From Candidatus Xenobia bacterium (GTDB lineage: Bacteria; Vulcanimicrobiota; Xenobia; Xenobiales; QWHO01), in the NCBI GenBank assembly GCA_045863235.1, contig BTUM01000020.1, forward strand, positions 1 through 64,000: a stretch of DNA of 64,000 nucleotides, read 5' to 3'. Made by a program: the position numbers and the translations under genes. The first letter of the stretch is position 1; the number at the start of each line of letters is the position of its first letter. This document shows, in pieces, positions 44,823 through 54,897 of this stretch. Under the pieces are notes generated by a model. That model was not told where the DNA came from, searched no databases, and was given only the letters and a program-made list of their open reading frames with translations.

Positions 44823-45842
44823 ATGAATCGGATCAAGAAGAAGCACCTCGGCTACTGCGCGATGTTCGAGCAGTTCCACCCCAACGATATGCTGGTCTGG
44901 TGCGAGCAGGCGGAGCAGCTCGGCTTTGGCAGCATCATGGCCAGCGACCACTTCCACCCCTGGACCCCTCAGCAGGGCCACAGCGCTTTCGTGTGGACCT
45001 GGATGGGGGCGCTGGGGGCGCGCACCTCGCTGCCCTTCGGAACCGGAGTGACGCCGCCCGGCTATCGCTACCATCCGGCCCTGGTGGCCCAGATGGCCTG
45101 CACGGTCGAAGCCATGTACCCGGGGCGCTTCTGGCTCGGCCTGGGGGCCGGAGAAGCTCTCAACGAGCACGTCATCGGTTGCTACTGGCCGGAGCCCCCG
45201 GTGCGACTCGAGAAGTTGCTCGAGTCGATCGAGATCATCAAGAAGCTCTTCACCGGCAAGGTGGTCAAACACCAGGGCAAGCACTTCACCCTCGAATCGG
45301 CTCAGATCTATACCCTGCCGCCCTCCCCGCCGCCCATCCTGGTGGCCACCTCGGGCCCCATCATGAGCGCCAACACGGGCCGCTTCTGCGACGGCGTGAT
45401 CACGGTGGGGGCGGCCGACGACAAGCTCTCGATGCTGATGGGCAAGTTCGAGGGAGGGGCCCGCGAGGCCGGTAAGGACCCGGCGGCGATGCCGCGGCTG
45501 ATCCAGATCCACGTCTCCTGGGCACCTGGCCTGGAGGAGGCCACCGACAACGCGGTGCGCGAGTGGCCCAACGGAGGGATGAACTTTCCCAAGGCCGATG
45601 TGCGCTCCCCCGAGGTTTTCGAGGCCATCGCCCGCATGGTGCGTCCCGAGCACTTCAAAGGCCGGGTGCTCATCTCCGAGAAGGCCGAGGACCACATCAA
45701 CCTGATCAACCACCTCTACTCCAAGGGCTTCGATGGCGTCTACGTCCATAACGTGGGCCGCAACCAGGCCGAGTTCCTCAAGTTCTACGCCGCCGAAGTC
45801 TTGCCCAGCCTCGCTCTGGAGCCGGTCGGTAGTCCTGGTTGA
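44823..45842 (+). CDS. F420-dependent LLM-class oxidoreductase (Fgd/G6PDH-like)
   Basis: EQFHP, SDHFHPW, GTGVT.P..RYHPA, GRFWLGLGAGEALNEH. Confidence 0.88.
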   Translation: MNRIKKKHLGYCAMFEQFHPNDMLVWCEQAEQLGFGSIMASDHFHPWTPQQGHSAFVWTWMGALGARTSLPFGTGVTPPGYRYHPALVAQMACTVEAMYPGRFWLGLGAGEALNEHVIGCYWPEPPVRLEKLLESIEIIKKLFTGKVVKHQGKHFTLESAQIYTLPPSPPPILVATSGPIMSANTGRFCDGVITVGAADDKLSMLMGKFEGGAREAGKDPAAMPRLIQIHVSWAPGLEEATDNAVREWPNGGMNFPKADVRSPEVFEAIARMVRPEHFKGRVLISEKAEDHINLINHLYSKGFDGVYVHNVGRNQAEFLKFYAAEVLPSLALEPVGSPG

Positions 45843-45873
45843 ACGCCGACCCTCCCATAGTCGGTAGGTCGCG

Positions 45874-47211
45874 ATGAGCTGGGGACTCATCCTGCTGGGT
45901 ATCCCGGCTCTGCTGCTGCTGCACGGCTTCTTCGTGGCGGCCGAGATCGGCGCGGTTTCGGCCCGCCGTCACCGGCTGGCTCAGCTGGCCGCCAACGGGG
46001 TGCGGGCCGCCACCAAGTTCCTGCCGGTCACCCAGGACGCCGGTCGGTTTGCGGCCTATGTGTCCGCCTGCCAGGTGGGCATCAGCCTCACCGGTCTGGT
46101 CCTGGGCTACTGGGGTTACGCCTTTCTGGCCCTGCCTCTCGACCCCTGGCTGGGGCAGCGCTTCGAGCTCTCCGAGATGGGCGCTCGGATTCTGGCCGTC
46201 ACCATCGTGCTGGCCACCATGATGTCCCTGCTGGTCTTGTTGGGCGAGCTGGTGCCCAAGTCGCTGGCCCTGCTCGAGCCCGAGAAGGCGGCCGTGCGAA
46301 CCTCCACCCTGATGCGCAAGATGACCACCCTCTTCAAGCCCCTGACCTTCGTCTATGATCGGGTGTCGCGTTTTCTTCTGGCCCGCCTGGGCTTGAGCGA
46401 GGCCGCCTGGCAGAACACCCACGTCCACTCGCCCGAGGAGATCCAGATCCTGGTGGAGGAGAGCGGCGCCCAGGGACTGCTCGAGGAAGAAGAGCAGCGC
46501 CTGCTCGAGAACACCCTCCGGCTGCGCGACTTCAACGCCCGCCACGCCATGATTCCCCGCACCAAGATGTTCACCGCCTCGCTCGAGTTGCCCATTCCCG
46601 AGTTGCTCAAGCTGCTGGCCGAGTCCAACTATTCGCGCCTGCCGCTTTATCGCGAGTCGCCTGACCAGATCGAGGGGGTGGTGCACCTCAAGGACCTGCT
46701 TTGCCTCAGCCGCGCTCCGGGCCAGGTCAAGCACGTCTCCCAGGTCATGCTGAAGGTGCCCTACGTGCCCGAGACGGTGCCTGTGGACGAGCTGTTCAAC
46801 CTGCTGCAGCGCAAGCATTACCACATGGCCATCGTGGTGGACGAGTTCGGTGGCACGGCCGGCATGGTCACTCTGGAAGACCTGATCGAGCGCATTTTCG
46901 GCGATTTCGAGGACGAGTTCGACCCCCCCGAGCTGACCGCCGAGCTGCGCTCGGGGCGACTGTTCCTGGCCGGGGACGTCCTGGTGGAAGACCTCAACGA
47001 GTGGCTCGACGTCGAGCTCGACTCGGACCTGGCCGACTCGGTCGGCGGCCTGGTGATGGCCGAGCTGGGCCAGGTGCCCGAGCCGGGGGCAGAGGTCACC
47101 ATCGCCGAGATCCCGTTCCGGGTGGAGCGGGTGGAGGGCAAGTGGGCCGCCCGCGTCAGCCTGGCCGTCACCGAGGAGCAGGCAGCTCACTTCCAGGAGC
47201 ACTACGACTGA
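45874..47211 (+). CDS. HlyC/CorC (CNNM-CBS-CorC) family protein
   Basis: GFFVAAE, QVGI, GELVPK, CBS pair (YSRLP; VVDEFGG..G.VTLEDLIE), CorC domain. Confidence 0.93.
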   Translation: MSWGLILLGIPALLLLHGFFVAAEIGAVSARRHRLAQLAANGVRAATKFLPVTQDAGRFAAYVSACQVGISLTGLVLGYWGYAFLALPLDPWLGQRFELSEMGARILAVTIVLATMMSLLVLLGELVPKSLALLEPEKAAVRTSTLMRKMTTLFKPLTFVYDRVSRFLLARLGLSEAAWQNTHVHSPEEIQILVEESGAQGLLEEEEQRLLENTLRLRDFNARHAMIPRTKMFTASLELPIPELLKLLAESNYSRLPLYRESPDQIEGVVHLKDLLCLSRAPGQVKHVSQVMLKVPYVPETVPVDELFNLLQRKHYHMAIVVDEFGGTAGMVTLEDLIERIFGDFEDEFDPPELTAELRSGRLFLAGDVLVEDLNEWLDVELDSDLADSVGGLVMAELGQVPEPGAEVTIAEIPFRVERVEGKWAARVSLAVTEEQAAHFQEHYD

Positions 47212-48494
47212 TGGAGGTGACTGTCGGGCTGCTGGTGATCGCGGGCCTGGTGCTGCTCAACAGCCTGTTCGTGGCGGCCGAGTTCTCGCTGGTGGGCGTG
47301 CCCCAGGCGCGGCTGGCCCAGCTGTCCGAGTCCGGCTCACGGGGGGCCACCGAGGTGCTCACCCTGCTCAAGGATCGAGACCGTCTCAACCGTTTCGTGG
47401 CCACGGCCCAGGTCGGGCTGGCCCTGGTCATCCTGGGTCTTGGCATGTACGGTGAGCCGCTGCTCTCATCCTGGTTTCGCCAGGCCATGCCCACCACTCC
47501 GGGTCTGGCCACTGTGCTGGCCTTGCTGGTGCTGACCTGCCCCCACGTTGTGCTGGGGCAGGTGGTCCCCAAGGCGTTGGCCCTCACTTATGCCGTGCCG
47601 ACCTCCATCACGCTGCAGGGGCCTTTGAGCTTGCTCGAGCGTCTCTTCTTTCCGGTGGTGGTCACTCTGAACGCGGCCGGCAACGCCCTGCTCAAGCTGC
47701 TGGGTGCTCACTCGCTGGACCCCAAGGGTCGGCTCTTTTCGCCCGAGGAGCTCGAGCAGGTCGTGGAGGAGAGCCACCAGGGCGGTCTGCTCGAGCGCAC
47801 CGAGGAGCAGTTCCTCAAGAACATCTTTGATTTTCAGGGTCGCATCGTGGGCCGGGTGATGACCCCCCGCACGCGAGTCTTCGGTTTGAGCGTGGAGGCC
47901 GACCAGGACGAGGTGCTGGGGGCCATCCACGAGCACCGCTACACCCGCTATCCGGTCTATGAGGGCGATATGGATCACCTGGTGGGAGTCTTGCATATCA
48001 AGGACCTGGCCCGCCAGATGGTGCAGAACCACCCCTTCAACCTGCGGGCGGTGCTCAGGCCAGTGCTCTATGTGCCTGCCTCCACTCCGCTCGAGGACAT
48101 GGTCAACCGCTTCCGCACCGGCCGCACCCAGTTTGCGGTCGTGCTCGACGAGTTTGGCGGGATGGCCGGCGTGGTGACGGTGGAGGACGTGGTCGAGGAA
48201 GTGGTGGGGGAGATTCAAGACGAGTTCGACCAGGAGACGCCCCCCCTGGAGCGGCTCGACGACGAAACCGTGCGGGTTCGAGGCGATCTGATGCTGACCG
48301 ACCTGCGGCGAGAGTTCGGAGGGGAGATCCCCGAGCATCCCGAGGTCGAAACGGTGGGCGGTATGGTGATGGCCGAGCTGGGCCGGGTGCCCGAATCGGG
48401 GGATCGGGTGCAGTACGCAGGCCTCGACTTCGAGGTGGAGGAAGTGACCGGAATGGCGGTGCAGTCCTTGCTGGTGCGCCGAGAGAAGGAGTAG
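47211..48494 (+). CDS. HlyC/CorC (CNNM-CBS-CorC) family protein, second copy
   Basis: FVAAEF, VVPK, MTPRT, YTRYPV, VLDEFGG...EDVVEEVVGEI.DEFD, ETVGG. Confidence 0.93.
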   Translation: MEVTVGLLVIAGLVLLNSLFVAAEFSLVGVPQARLAQLSESGSRGATEVLTLLKDRDRLNRFVATAQVGLALVILGLGMYGEPLLSSWFRQAMPTTPGLATVLALLVLTCPHVVLGQVVPKALALTYAVPTSITLQGPLSLLERLFFPVVVTLNAAGNALLKLLGAHSLDPKGRLFSPEELEQVVEESHQGGLLERTEEQFLKNIFDFQGRIVGRVMTPRTRVFGLSVEADQDEVLGAIHEHRYTRYPVYEGDMDHLVGVLHIKDLARQMVQNHPFNLRAVLRPVLYVPASTPLEDMVNRFRTGRTQFAVVLDEFGGMAGVVTVEDVVEEVVGEIQDEFDQETPPLERLDDETVRVRGDLMLTDLRREFGGEIPEHPEVETVGGMVMAELGRVPESGDRVQYAGLDFEVEEVTGMAVQSLLVRREKE

Positions 48495-48499
48495 CTCGA

Positions 48500-49021
48500 A
48501 TGGACGGAGTTTGGGTCTACCCGGTGGATGATGCCGACCAGGAGGAATCCAAGAGCGAGGCGGTGGCCCGCCTCAGCGAGGCCAGCTCCTACCTGGTGGT
48601 TTTTCTCGAGCCTGAGCGCAGCCTGGCTCTGGCACCCTCGGCCGACCTGGGGCACTCGTTCAGGCAGGGCGAGCGGGTCTATGATGCCATGGACGAGGTC
48701 CTGGTCTACGACTGGATGACCTCACCGGACGGGCGGCTGGTGGGCGTTCGCAACCTGCTGCCTCCCGAGAGCCTGCTGCAGGCTTACCAGCACGAGAAGT
48801 GGCCCTGGATCTCGCACGAGCAGGATGAGCTGCGCATCTGGTTCGGGGAGGAGCGGGGGGCCGACCTGAGCCAGACCGTGCACCGCTGCGTCTTCGCCGA
48901 CCCATTCCGCTCGGCTGACGGGCGCCTGGCTCTGGCTTACGACACCTACGGTTTGAAGGGAGATGAGCTGGAGCGTCTGCGCAAGCTGGCGGCCCACTGG
49001 CTGCCCGTAGCCTCGGCCTGA
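48500..49021 (+). CDS. Hypothetical protein
   Basis: 173-aa ORF with host-like codon usage; AAGGAG RBS. Confidence 0.65.
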   Translation: MDGVWVYPVDDADQEESKSEAVARLSEASSYLVVFLEPERSLALAPSADLGHSFRQGERVYDAMDEVLVYDWMTSPDGRLVGVRNLLPPESLLQAYQHEKWPWISHEQDELRIWFGEERGADLSQTVHRCVFADPFRSADGRLALAYDTYGLKGDELERLRKLAAHWLPVASA

Positions 49022-49079
49022 TCCCGCGCGTTGACCTCTTCAGACTCAGAGCGCGCAAGACAATCTGTCGAGCGCCGGC

Positions 49080-49505
49080 TCAATGCACCTTGGCCCAGTA
49101 ACGCACGTTGCCCTGCGTGCTGCCGCTGCCGGGCGACTGCACGAAGGTCGGAAATGAGCCCGTGGACTGGCTGAAGTCCTGGGCGGCAAAGTAGGGAGTG
49201 GCATAGACCAGGGTGCGGGTCTGCCCGGGTTTGAGCTCGCCTACCTCCATGTCGCTTTCATGGAAGTAGTAGGCTTCGAAGCCGGAGGCCTTGTAGCCGA
49301 TGGGAGCCAGGGGCTGGAACTTCATGGTCACGAGGCTGTCGCGATCGGTCGTTTTGCCGTTGTTGCGCACCTTGATTTCGAGGTAGATGCGCCGGTCGAG
49401 ATCTCCGTGGGCATAGGCCCTGGTGCTCACGATGCGCAGATCCTGCGGTTCACCCTTGGCGATGCCGATTAGCAAGAGAACGATGAGGGTCAGTCGTTTG
49501 AGCAT
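49080..49505 (-). CDS. Secreted hypothetical protein, Ig-like (CARDB-like)
   Basis: Signal peptide; DL.I...KVRNNG...LKPGQTRTL; GGAGG RBS. Confidence 0.6.
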   Translation of the reverse strand: MLKRLTLIVLLLIGIAKGEPQDLRIVSTRAYAHGDLDRRIYLEIKVRNNGKTTDRDSLVTMKFQPLAPIGYKASGFEAYYFHESDMEVGELKPGQTRTLVYATPYFAAQDFSQSTGSFPTFVQSPGSGSTQGNVRYWAKVH

Positions 49506-49521
49506 GCGTTCCTCCCCTGGT

Positions 49522-52500
49522 TCATTGTCCGAAGATCAAGATGACCTTGCCTGGAACCGAGGCGTTGCCGGGTGCCGGGGCGGCGATGTCGTTGATGCCG
49601 TCGGCGTTGAGGTCGCCGATGGCCATCTTGCCCGGATTGGAGAGGGCGTAGCGAAGAGGGGCGGCGAATGCTCCCCCGGCCTGTCCGACCAGGATCTGCA
49701 GGCTCTCCAGCCCGGTGATCAGGTCCAAGATCCCGTCGGCGTTGAGATCGCCCGCGACCAGCCGGCCACCGCCCACCACCAGCGGAAAATTGACCGCTCC
49801 GGCAAATGTGCCCGCCCCCTGGTTGAGCAGTACGCTGACATTGTTGGTGCCGGTGTTGGAGGCCGCTAGATCGGGCCCGTTGACCCCGTCGAAGTCGCCC
49901 GCGGCAAGTCCCGTCGGGCTGACGCCTCCAGCCAGGCCCAACACCGTGGTCGCAAACGAGGTGCCTGCGCCGTTGTTGCGCAGAACCCTGAGGTTGTCGT
50001 CGTCGGCGTTGGCCACCGCCAGGTCGGGGCCGTTGACCCCATCGAAGTCGGCTGCTTGAACGAAGCTGGGCCCGTTGCCGACGGCGAAGGTGTTCTGGGC
50101 GGCAACGCCTCCCGAGCCGTTGTTGAGTAAGACGCGAACCACCAGTTGCAGCGAGTCGATGACCGCCAGGTCGGGCCCGTTCAGCCCATCGAAGTCGGCG
50201 CTGATCACCACGGTCGGGTTGAGCGCACCCGGCATGGCGATGGGAACGGCCGGATTGAAGCCGGCCCCGTTGTTCAAGAGCAGCGACAGATCGGCTCCGA
50301 CCGAGTTGGCGGTGACCAGGTCGATTCGTCCGTCCCGGTTGAAATCGGCTGCCACGACGGACGTGGGGTTGATCCCCACGGGGAAGTTATTGAAGGCGCT
50401 GAAGGTGCCCCCGCCCTGGTTGAAGATCACCTCCACCCGATTCTGCAGCGAGTTGACCGAAGCCACATCCAGCCCGTTGCTGCCGTCGAGGTCGGCCAGA
50501 ACGGAGTAGTTGGTGCCTTCATTGGGGCCCAGCACGAAGGGGTAAGCCAGGTAGCCGCCCCCCTGGTTGAGGAAGACACTGGCCCCGGGCTCCATGATGC
50601 TGACGCTGGCGGCCACCGCGTCGGGGCCGTTGAGGCCGTCCAGATTCCCGAAATCGAACTCGGAAGCGCTTCCAGCGATGGCCGTGGGGCTTGAGGCGGT
50701 GAAGGTGGCCGCGCCCGAGTTGAAAAGTACGGTCAGGCTGTCCTGGAAGATGTTGGTCACTCCGATGTCCAACCCGTTGACCCCGTCGACATTGGCCAGA
50801 CCCAGCCGGAAGACGCCCGGGGAGTTGAAGATGGCCGTGGTGGCCGGGAAGTTGCCGGTGCCGTCGTTGAGCATCAACCAGATGTTCTGGTTGATGGAGT
50901 CGTTGAAGACCATATCATTGCCGTTGACCCCGTCGAGGTTGCCCGACTTGAGGTCCAGGCCGTTTCCGCCCAGCGGAATGCCGAAATTGGTGAAGGGGCC
51001 GAACACCCCGCCGGCACCCGCCGGATACACCCGGATGTGGGGGAAGACCACCACGCCGATGTCGGCGAGTCCATCGCCGTCGAAGTCGCTCAGGGTGACG
51101 CCCTGGCCGCCTGCCCCCAGAGCGATGGTTGCTCCCGGAGCCAGGACTCCGGCGCCGTTGTTGAAGAGGGTCTGCAGGTCATTGAGGCCGACGTTGGTGA
51201 CCAGGTCGAGATCGCCGTCTGCGTCGATATCCCCCAGGTCTCCCCAGATGTTGCCGCCGATCAGGGTGGCCACGTCGGTGGCTGCAAAGCCACCCGCCCC
51301 ATTGCTCAAAAAGACGGTGACCTCATCGTTTTTCAGCAGCACGAAGTCGATGCCGTTAAGGTTGTCCAGATTCCCTTTGATCAGCCGGTTCAGGCTGTTG
51401 GTCGGATCGGTGTAGATGGTCGAGGCCGCGCCCAGCGTGCCATCGGCCTGGGTGAGGAGCTGGAACAGGGCGCGGGAGGCCGGATTGGGGCCGGTCATGA
51501 TGACGTCGTCGCGCCCGTCCCCGTTCACGTCCAGCAAGATGGTGCTGTCGGCCTGGTTGGGGGTGGAAAAGGCGCGGTTGCCGGGCGGGAGGCTTCCCAC
51601 CGCGACCGTGGCCGGCACGCTGGCGGTGATGCCATCGCGAGTGGCCGAGATGTTGGCCGTGCCGGGAGTTCCCGTGCCGCTCACCAGGCCGGTCGGGGTC
51701 ACGGTGGCCACGGCGGGATTGTCCGAAGACCACGTCGAGCTGGCGGTTACGTCGGCCGAGCTATTGTCGGAGAAGGTGCCGGTGGCGGTCAGCTGTTGCG
51801 GGGTCAGGCCCACCAGGGCCACCGGGTTGGGGGTTACGGCGAGGGTCTGAAGCAGAGGAGGCGTGATCTCGAAGGCGGCACTGGTGGCCCCGGTGAGGCC
51901 AGTTGAGGTTGCGACCAGGGTGTAACCTGTCGAAGGCGCGGCCACCACCAGGTTGGAGAACACGGCCACGCCGTTCACCGGGGTTGCCGTCGGGCTGCCC
52001 AGCAGTGTGGTCGAGGTGGGGTTGGATCCCAGGGCGAGCGTGATGGGGGAGGTGGCCGTGGGGAACAGGTTCCCGTTCTGGTCGAGCACGGCGACCTGGG
52101 CGGAGAAAACGGTCCCGGCCGCGGACTGTACTGATGGTTGGACGGCGAACGTCAGAGAGGTTGCGGTCGGAGACACCGCTGGATTCGGCGGGCCGGGTGG
52201 TGCCGGGGGAGCCAGACTGAGGAGCTGAATCCTCTGAGTCAGCACCTGGCCGGGTGTGACCGTGATGTTGACCGGAGCCGACTCGGCGATCTTGTTGCCC
52301 ACCTCGTCATGGCCGAACACGCTGAGCCGGAAGGTGCCGGGCAGCACCTGGAAGGTGACGGTCACGCTCTGGGCGTCCTCAGGAACCGGAGTGACGATGG
52401 GTCCAGCCACCAGGTTGAAGGGCGGGTCGGGAGCGGCCACCTCGGTGTGCACCGTGGCCACCCCGGCTCGCTCCTGGCGAGCCTGGGGCAGGTCGAGGGC

Positions 52501-52623
52501 CATTCGCACCGAGACCATCTGGGGCCCGGGGGCAGGTGCCGGCACACCTCCCGAGCGGGGGCCAGCCGAGGAGCACCCCAGCAAGAGCAGCAACAGCAGG
52601 AGTGAGGCGGAGCTCAGGCGCAT
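49522..52623 (-). CDS. Large lipoprotein with Ig-like domains and FG-GAP/VCBS repeat beta-propellers
   Basis: Lipobox LLLG-C; Big_2-like (WSSDNPAVATV); many DxDGxxGxDL/DxNxDGxxDL repeats. Confidence 0.88.
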   Translation of the reverse strand: MRLSSASLLLLLLLLGCSSAGPRSGGVPAPAPGPQMVSVRMALDLPQARQERAGVATVHTEVAAPDPPFNLVAGPIVTPVPEDAQSVTVTFQVLPGTFRLSVFGHDEVGNKIAESAPVNITVTPGQVLTQRIQLLSLAPPAPPGPPNPAVSPTATSLTFAVQPSVQSAAGTVFSAQVAVLDQNGNLFPTATSPITLALGSNPTSTTLLGSPTATPVNGVAVFSNLVVAAPSTGYTLVATSTGLTGATSAAFEITPPLLQTLAVTPNPVALVGLTPQQLTATGTFSDNSSADVTASSTWSSDNPAVATVTPTGLVSGTGTPGTANISATRDGITASVPATVAVGSLPPGNRAFSTPNQADSTILLDVNGDGRDDVIMTGPNPASRALFQLLTQADGTLGAASTIYTDPTNSLNRLIKGNLDNLNGIDFVLLKNDEVTVFLSNGAGGFAATDVATLIGGNIWGDLGDIDADGDLDLVTNVGLNDLQTLFNNGAGVLAPGATIALGAGGQGVTLSDFDGDGLADIGVVVFPHIRVYPAGAGGVFGPFTNFGIPLGGNGLDLKSGNLDGVNGNDMVFNDSINQNIWLMLNDGTGNFPATTAIFNSPGVFRLGLANVDGVNGLDIGVTNIFQDSLTVLFNSGAATFTASSPTAIAGSASEFDFGNLDGLNGPDAVAASVSIMEPGASVFLNQGGGYLAYPFVLGPNEGTNYSVLADLDGSNGLDVASVNSLQNRVEVIFNQGGGTFSAFNNFPVGINPTSVVAADFNRDGRIDLVTANSVGADLSLLLNNGAGFNPAVPIAMPGALNPTVVISADFDGLNGPDLAVIDSLQLVVRVLLNNGSGGVAAQNTFAVGNGPSFVQAADFDGVNGPDLAVANADDDNLRVLRNNGAGTSFATTVLGLAGGVSPTGLAAGDFDGVNGPDLAASNTGTNNVSVLLNQGAGTFAGAVNFPLVVGGGRLVAGDLNADGILDLITGLESLQILVGQAGGAFAAPLRYALSNPGKMAIGDLNADGINDIAAPAPGNASVPGKVILIFGQ

Positions 52624-52681
52624 CAGAAGGGCCGGGTTAGGCAATGAGACCAACTTCCCTGCTCGGTCGGGGGAGGCGAGG

Positions 52682-54028
52682 TTAACCCCACAGGATCCAG
52701 GTGACGGCCAGCTCGCCTCCGGTCTTGATGTTGAGCATGTCGTTGCCCGACAGGCGCATCAGGGGCACCCCGATCTTCTGAGAGAACAGGTAGGGATCGA
52801 AGTCCACCCGGAAGGGTTGATACTCCCAGCCCTCCCCTGAGGGCACCGGGCACTCGAATTGCGGGATGAAAACTCGCTCCTGAGCCACGTAGCGCTTGCT
52901 GATGGCCGTTTGGACGGCCGTTTGCCAATCCGAGTCGGAAAGCTCCCAGCCCAGGTAGATTCCGTCTCCACCCCAGCCATCGGCAGGCTTGAGCACCAGA
53001 GTCTCGCGGCGCTCGAGCAGAGTGCTCACCACCGGGCCGTCCTCTACGATGGCGGTCCAGGGTACGATGCGGCGGATGAACTGCAACTCGTCGGCATCGA
53101 GCAGCTCTTCCATCTCCTCGCGATGGAACAGGGCCAGCAGCGACTTGATGGTGAGGGGCTTGGCCCGGAAGGGGTTGACCATGCACACCGCCCCGGCCCG
53201 GTAGGCGTCGAGCAGGGCCTGCGCTTCCTCGCCCCGGGCCAGCAGGTCCTCGACCAGCACCCGCCGGTAGACCACATCGATGGGCTTGCCGTCGTAGTCG
53301 AGCAGACGGCCGTTCTTGAACTCGAGCTCGCGCGGGTCGGAGACCACGGTGTCGATCCCGTGGCCCTTGAAGTGGTCGCGCAGGAGGGCGAACTCGGCGT
53401 GGGTGCTGACGGTGACCCAGTCCACGATGGCGATGCGGGGGCTGCCCGAGCCCCCCCAGCTCTTCCACGAGCGGAGCAGCACTTCCAGAATGCTGGGGTC
53501 GCAGGGCAGATAGTGGCCCGGGTGAAGCTGGGCAAACTGTTTCCAGGTCTCGGTCTGGGAGATGATGTCCCAGCAAGCGTCCATGAAGGCGGCCCCGCCG
53601 GGGCTGTCGATGTTCAGCTCCACGATGCGGTAGCCCGAGTCGTCGGGGCTCTGGGGCGGCCCCAGAAACCCGTCCACGCGCGAAACGTGGGAGCCGTGGG
53701 GGAGGCTGGCCGGCAGCCGGATGAGGTCGCGCTCCTGGGGCGAGATGCCCAGCAGCTCCATCCAGCGGGGACGATGCAGGATGGGCTCGAGGCGGATCAG
53801 GATCTTGAGCAGCTGGGCCATCTCGCGGTTGACCGGCTCGAGGCGCGAGCGGCTCACCAGAGCGGGGGCGAAGTTCAGCGGGATGGGACGATCCCCCACC
53901 ACCAGCCCGGCCTTGCGCAGGCGCTCGCGGACGGCCTCCAGCTCCTGGCGCGTGCCAGCGGGGTCTTTCTCCAGCAGCGAGCGGAAGGTGTCAGCGGCCT
54001 TCTGGGCAGCGGGGTCGGTGTGCGTCAT
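52682..54028 (-). CDS. Circularly permuted ATP-grasp (glutathionylspermidine-synthase-like) ligase
   Basis: SRVDGF...VELNIDSPGG, IAIVDW, IDVVYRR, NPF...K, VPWT, LVLKPADGWGG.G, YVAQE. Confidence 0.8.
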   Translation of the reverse strand: MTHTDPAAQKAADTFRSLLEKDPAGTRQELEAVRERLRKAGLVVGDRPIPLNFAPALVSRSRLEPVNREMAQLLKILIRLEPILHRPRWMELLGISPQERDLIRLPASLPHGSHVSRVDGFLGPPQSPDDSGYRIVELNIDSPGGAAFMDACWDIISQTETWKQFAQLHPGHYLPCDPSILEVLLRSWKSWGGSGSPRIAIVDWVTVSTHAEFALLRDHFKGHGIDTVVSDPRELEFKNGRLLDYDGKPIDVVYRRVLVEDLLARGEEAQALLDAYRAGAVCMVNPFRAKPLTIKSLLALFHREEMEELLDADELQFIRRIVPWTAIVEDGPVVSTLLERRETLVLKPADGWGGDGIYLGWELSDSDWQTAVQTAISKRYVAQERVFIPQFECPVPSGEGWEYQPFRVDFDPYLFSQKIGVPLMRLSGNDMLNIKTGGELAVTWILWG

Positions 54029-54897
54029 CGAGGGCGGTTCGCAGGGCTCAGGCAGCCGTCCTGCAGTCGATAGCGGGCGCCGTAGAGAAAGGGCAGGTTG
54101 GCCGCCCCGTGGCCCACCGGCAGCCCGAAGACCAGAGGGACCCCCAGCCCGCGCAGGATGGGCTCGAGCACCTCCTCGGCGCTCCAGGGCTCGTCCGCGC
54201 TGGGAGCACAGTCCTCGAAGCTGCCCAGGGCCACGGCCAGAACCCCGTCCAGACAGCCCGACTCGCGCAGCTGCACGAGATAGCGGTCGAGGCGGTAAGG
54301 CTTCTCGTGCACGTCCTCGAGCAGCAGGATGGAGTCTCGAGCCGAGAGTTGGAAGGGCGTTCCGCACAGGCTGGCCAGCACGCACAGGTTGCCGCCCACC
54401 AGGGGGCCTTCAGCCTGACCCGCCACCACGGTGCGGCCTGCCAGATCGGGCACGGTATCTTCGGTCAGGAGGCTCTTCAGGGCCCGCCGACTTTCTTCGT
54501 CGGGGTGATGACCCAGACTGTGCAGCACCGGGCCGTGCACCAGCTCGGTCCAGCCCTTCCGGTGCAACGCCTGGTGAAGCACGGTGAGATCGGAGAAGCC
54601 CACCACCGGCCGGGGGTGGTTCCCAGGGTCGAGCTGGCCCAGCAAGCGGGCGGTGCCGTAACCGCCACGGCTGGCCCAGACCAGGTCGATGGCAGGGTCC
54701 TGGAGCGCCCGCTGCAGCTCCTGCAAGCGCTCCTGGTCCGAGCCGGCAAAGTAGAGCTCCCGGCGCTCGGGGGGCAGCACCGGCTCGAAACCCCAGCTGG
54801 CGATCAGCTCGGCATTCTGCTCGAGCTTCTTTCGGTCGGGCGGACCTGAGGGAGAGACCACGGCAACCCGGGCACCGGGACGAAGCGGCAGGCTCAA
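54025..54897 (-). CDS. S66 family LD-carboxypeptidase (LdcA/MccF-like)
   Basis: VSPS, FAGSD..R, RGGYG, GFSD (Ser), GGNL, LED (Glu), GHG (His). Confidence 0.92.
   Translation of the reverse strand: MSLPLRPGARVAVVSPSGPPDRKKLEQNAELIASWGFEPVLPPERRELYFAGSDQERLQELQRALQDPAIDLVWASRGGYGTARLLGQLDPGNHPRPVVGFSDLTVLHQALHRKGWTELVHGPVLHSLGHHPDEESRRALKSLLTEDTVPDLAGRTVVAGQAEGPLVGGNLCVLASLCGTPFQLSARDSILLLEDVHEKPYRLDRYLVQLRESGCLDGVLAVALGSFEDCAPSADEPWSAEEVLEPILRGLGVPLVFGLPVGHGAANLPFLYGARYRLQDGCLSPANRPR

Noticed and set aside
45874..48494. 'Hemolysin' toxin pair
   Set aside because: CNNM/CorC proteins are Mg2+/cation homeostasis factors and tandem pairs are common.
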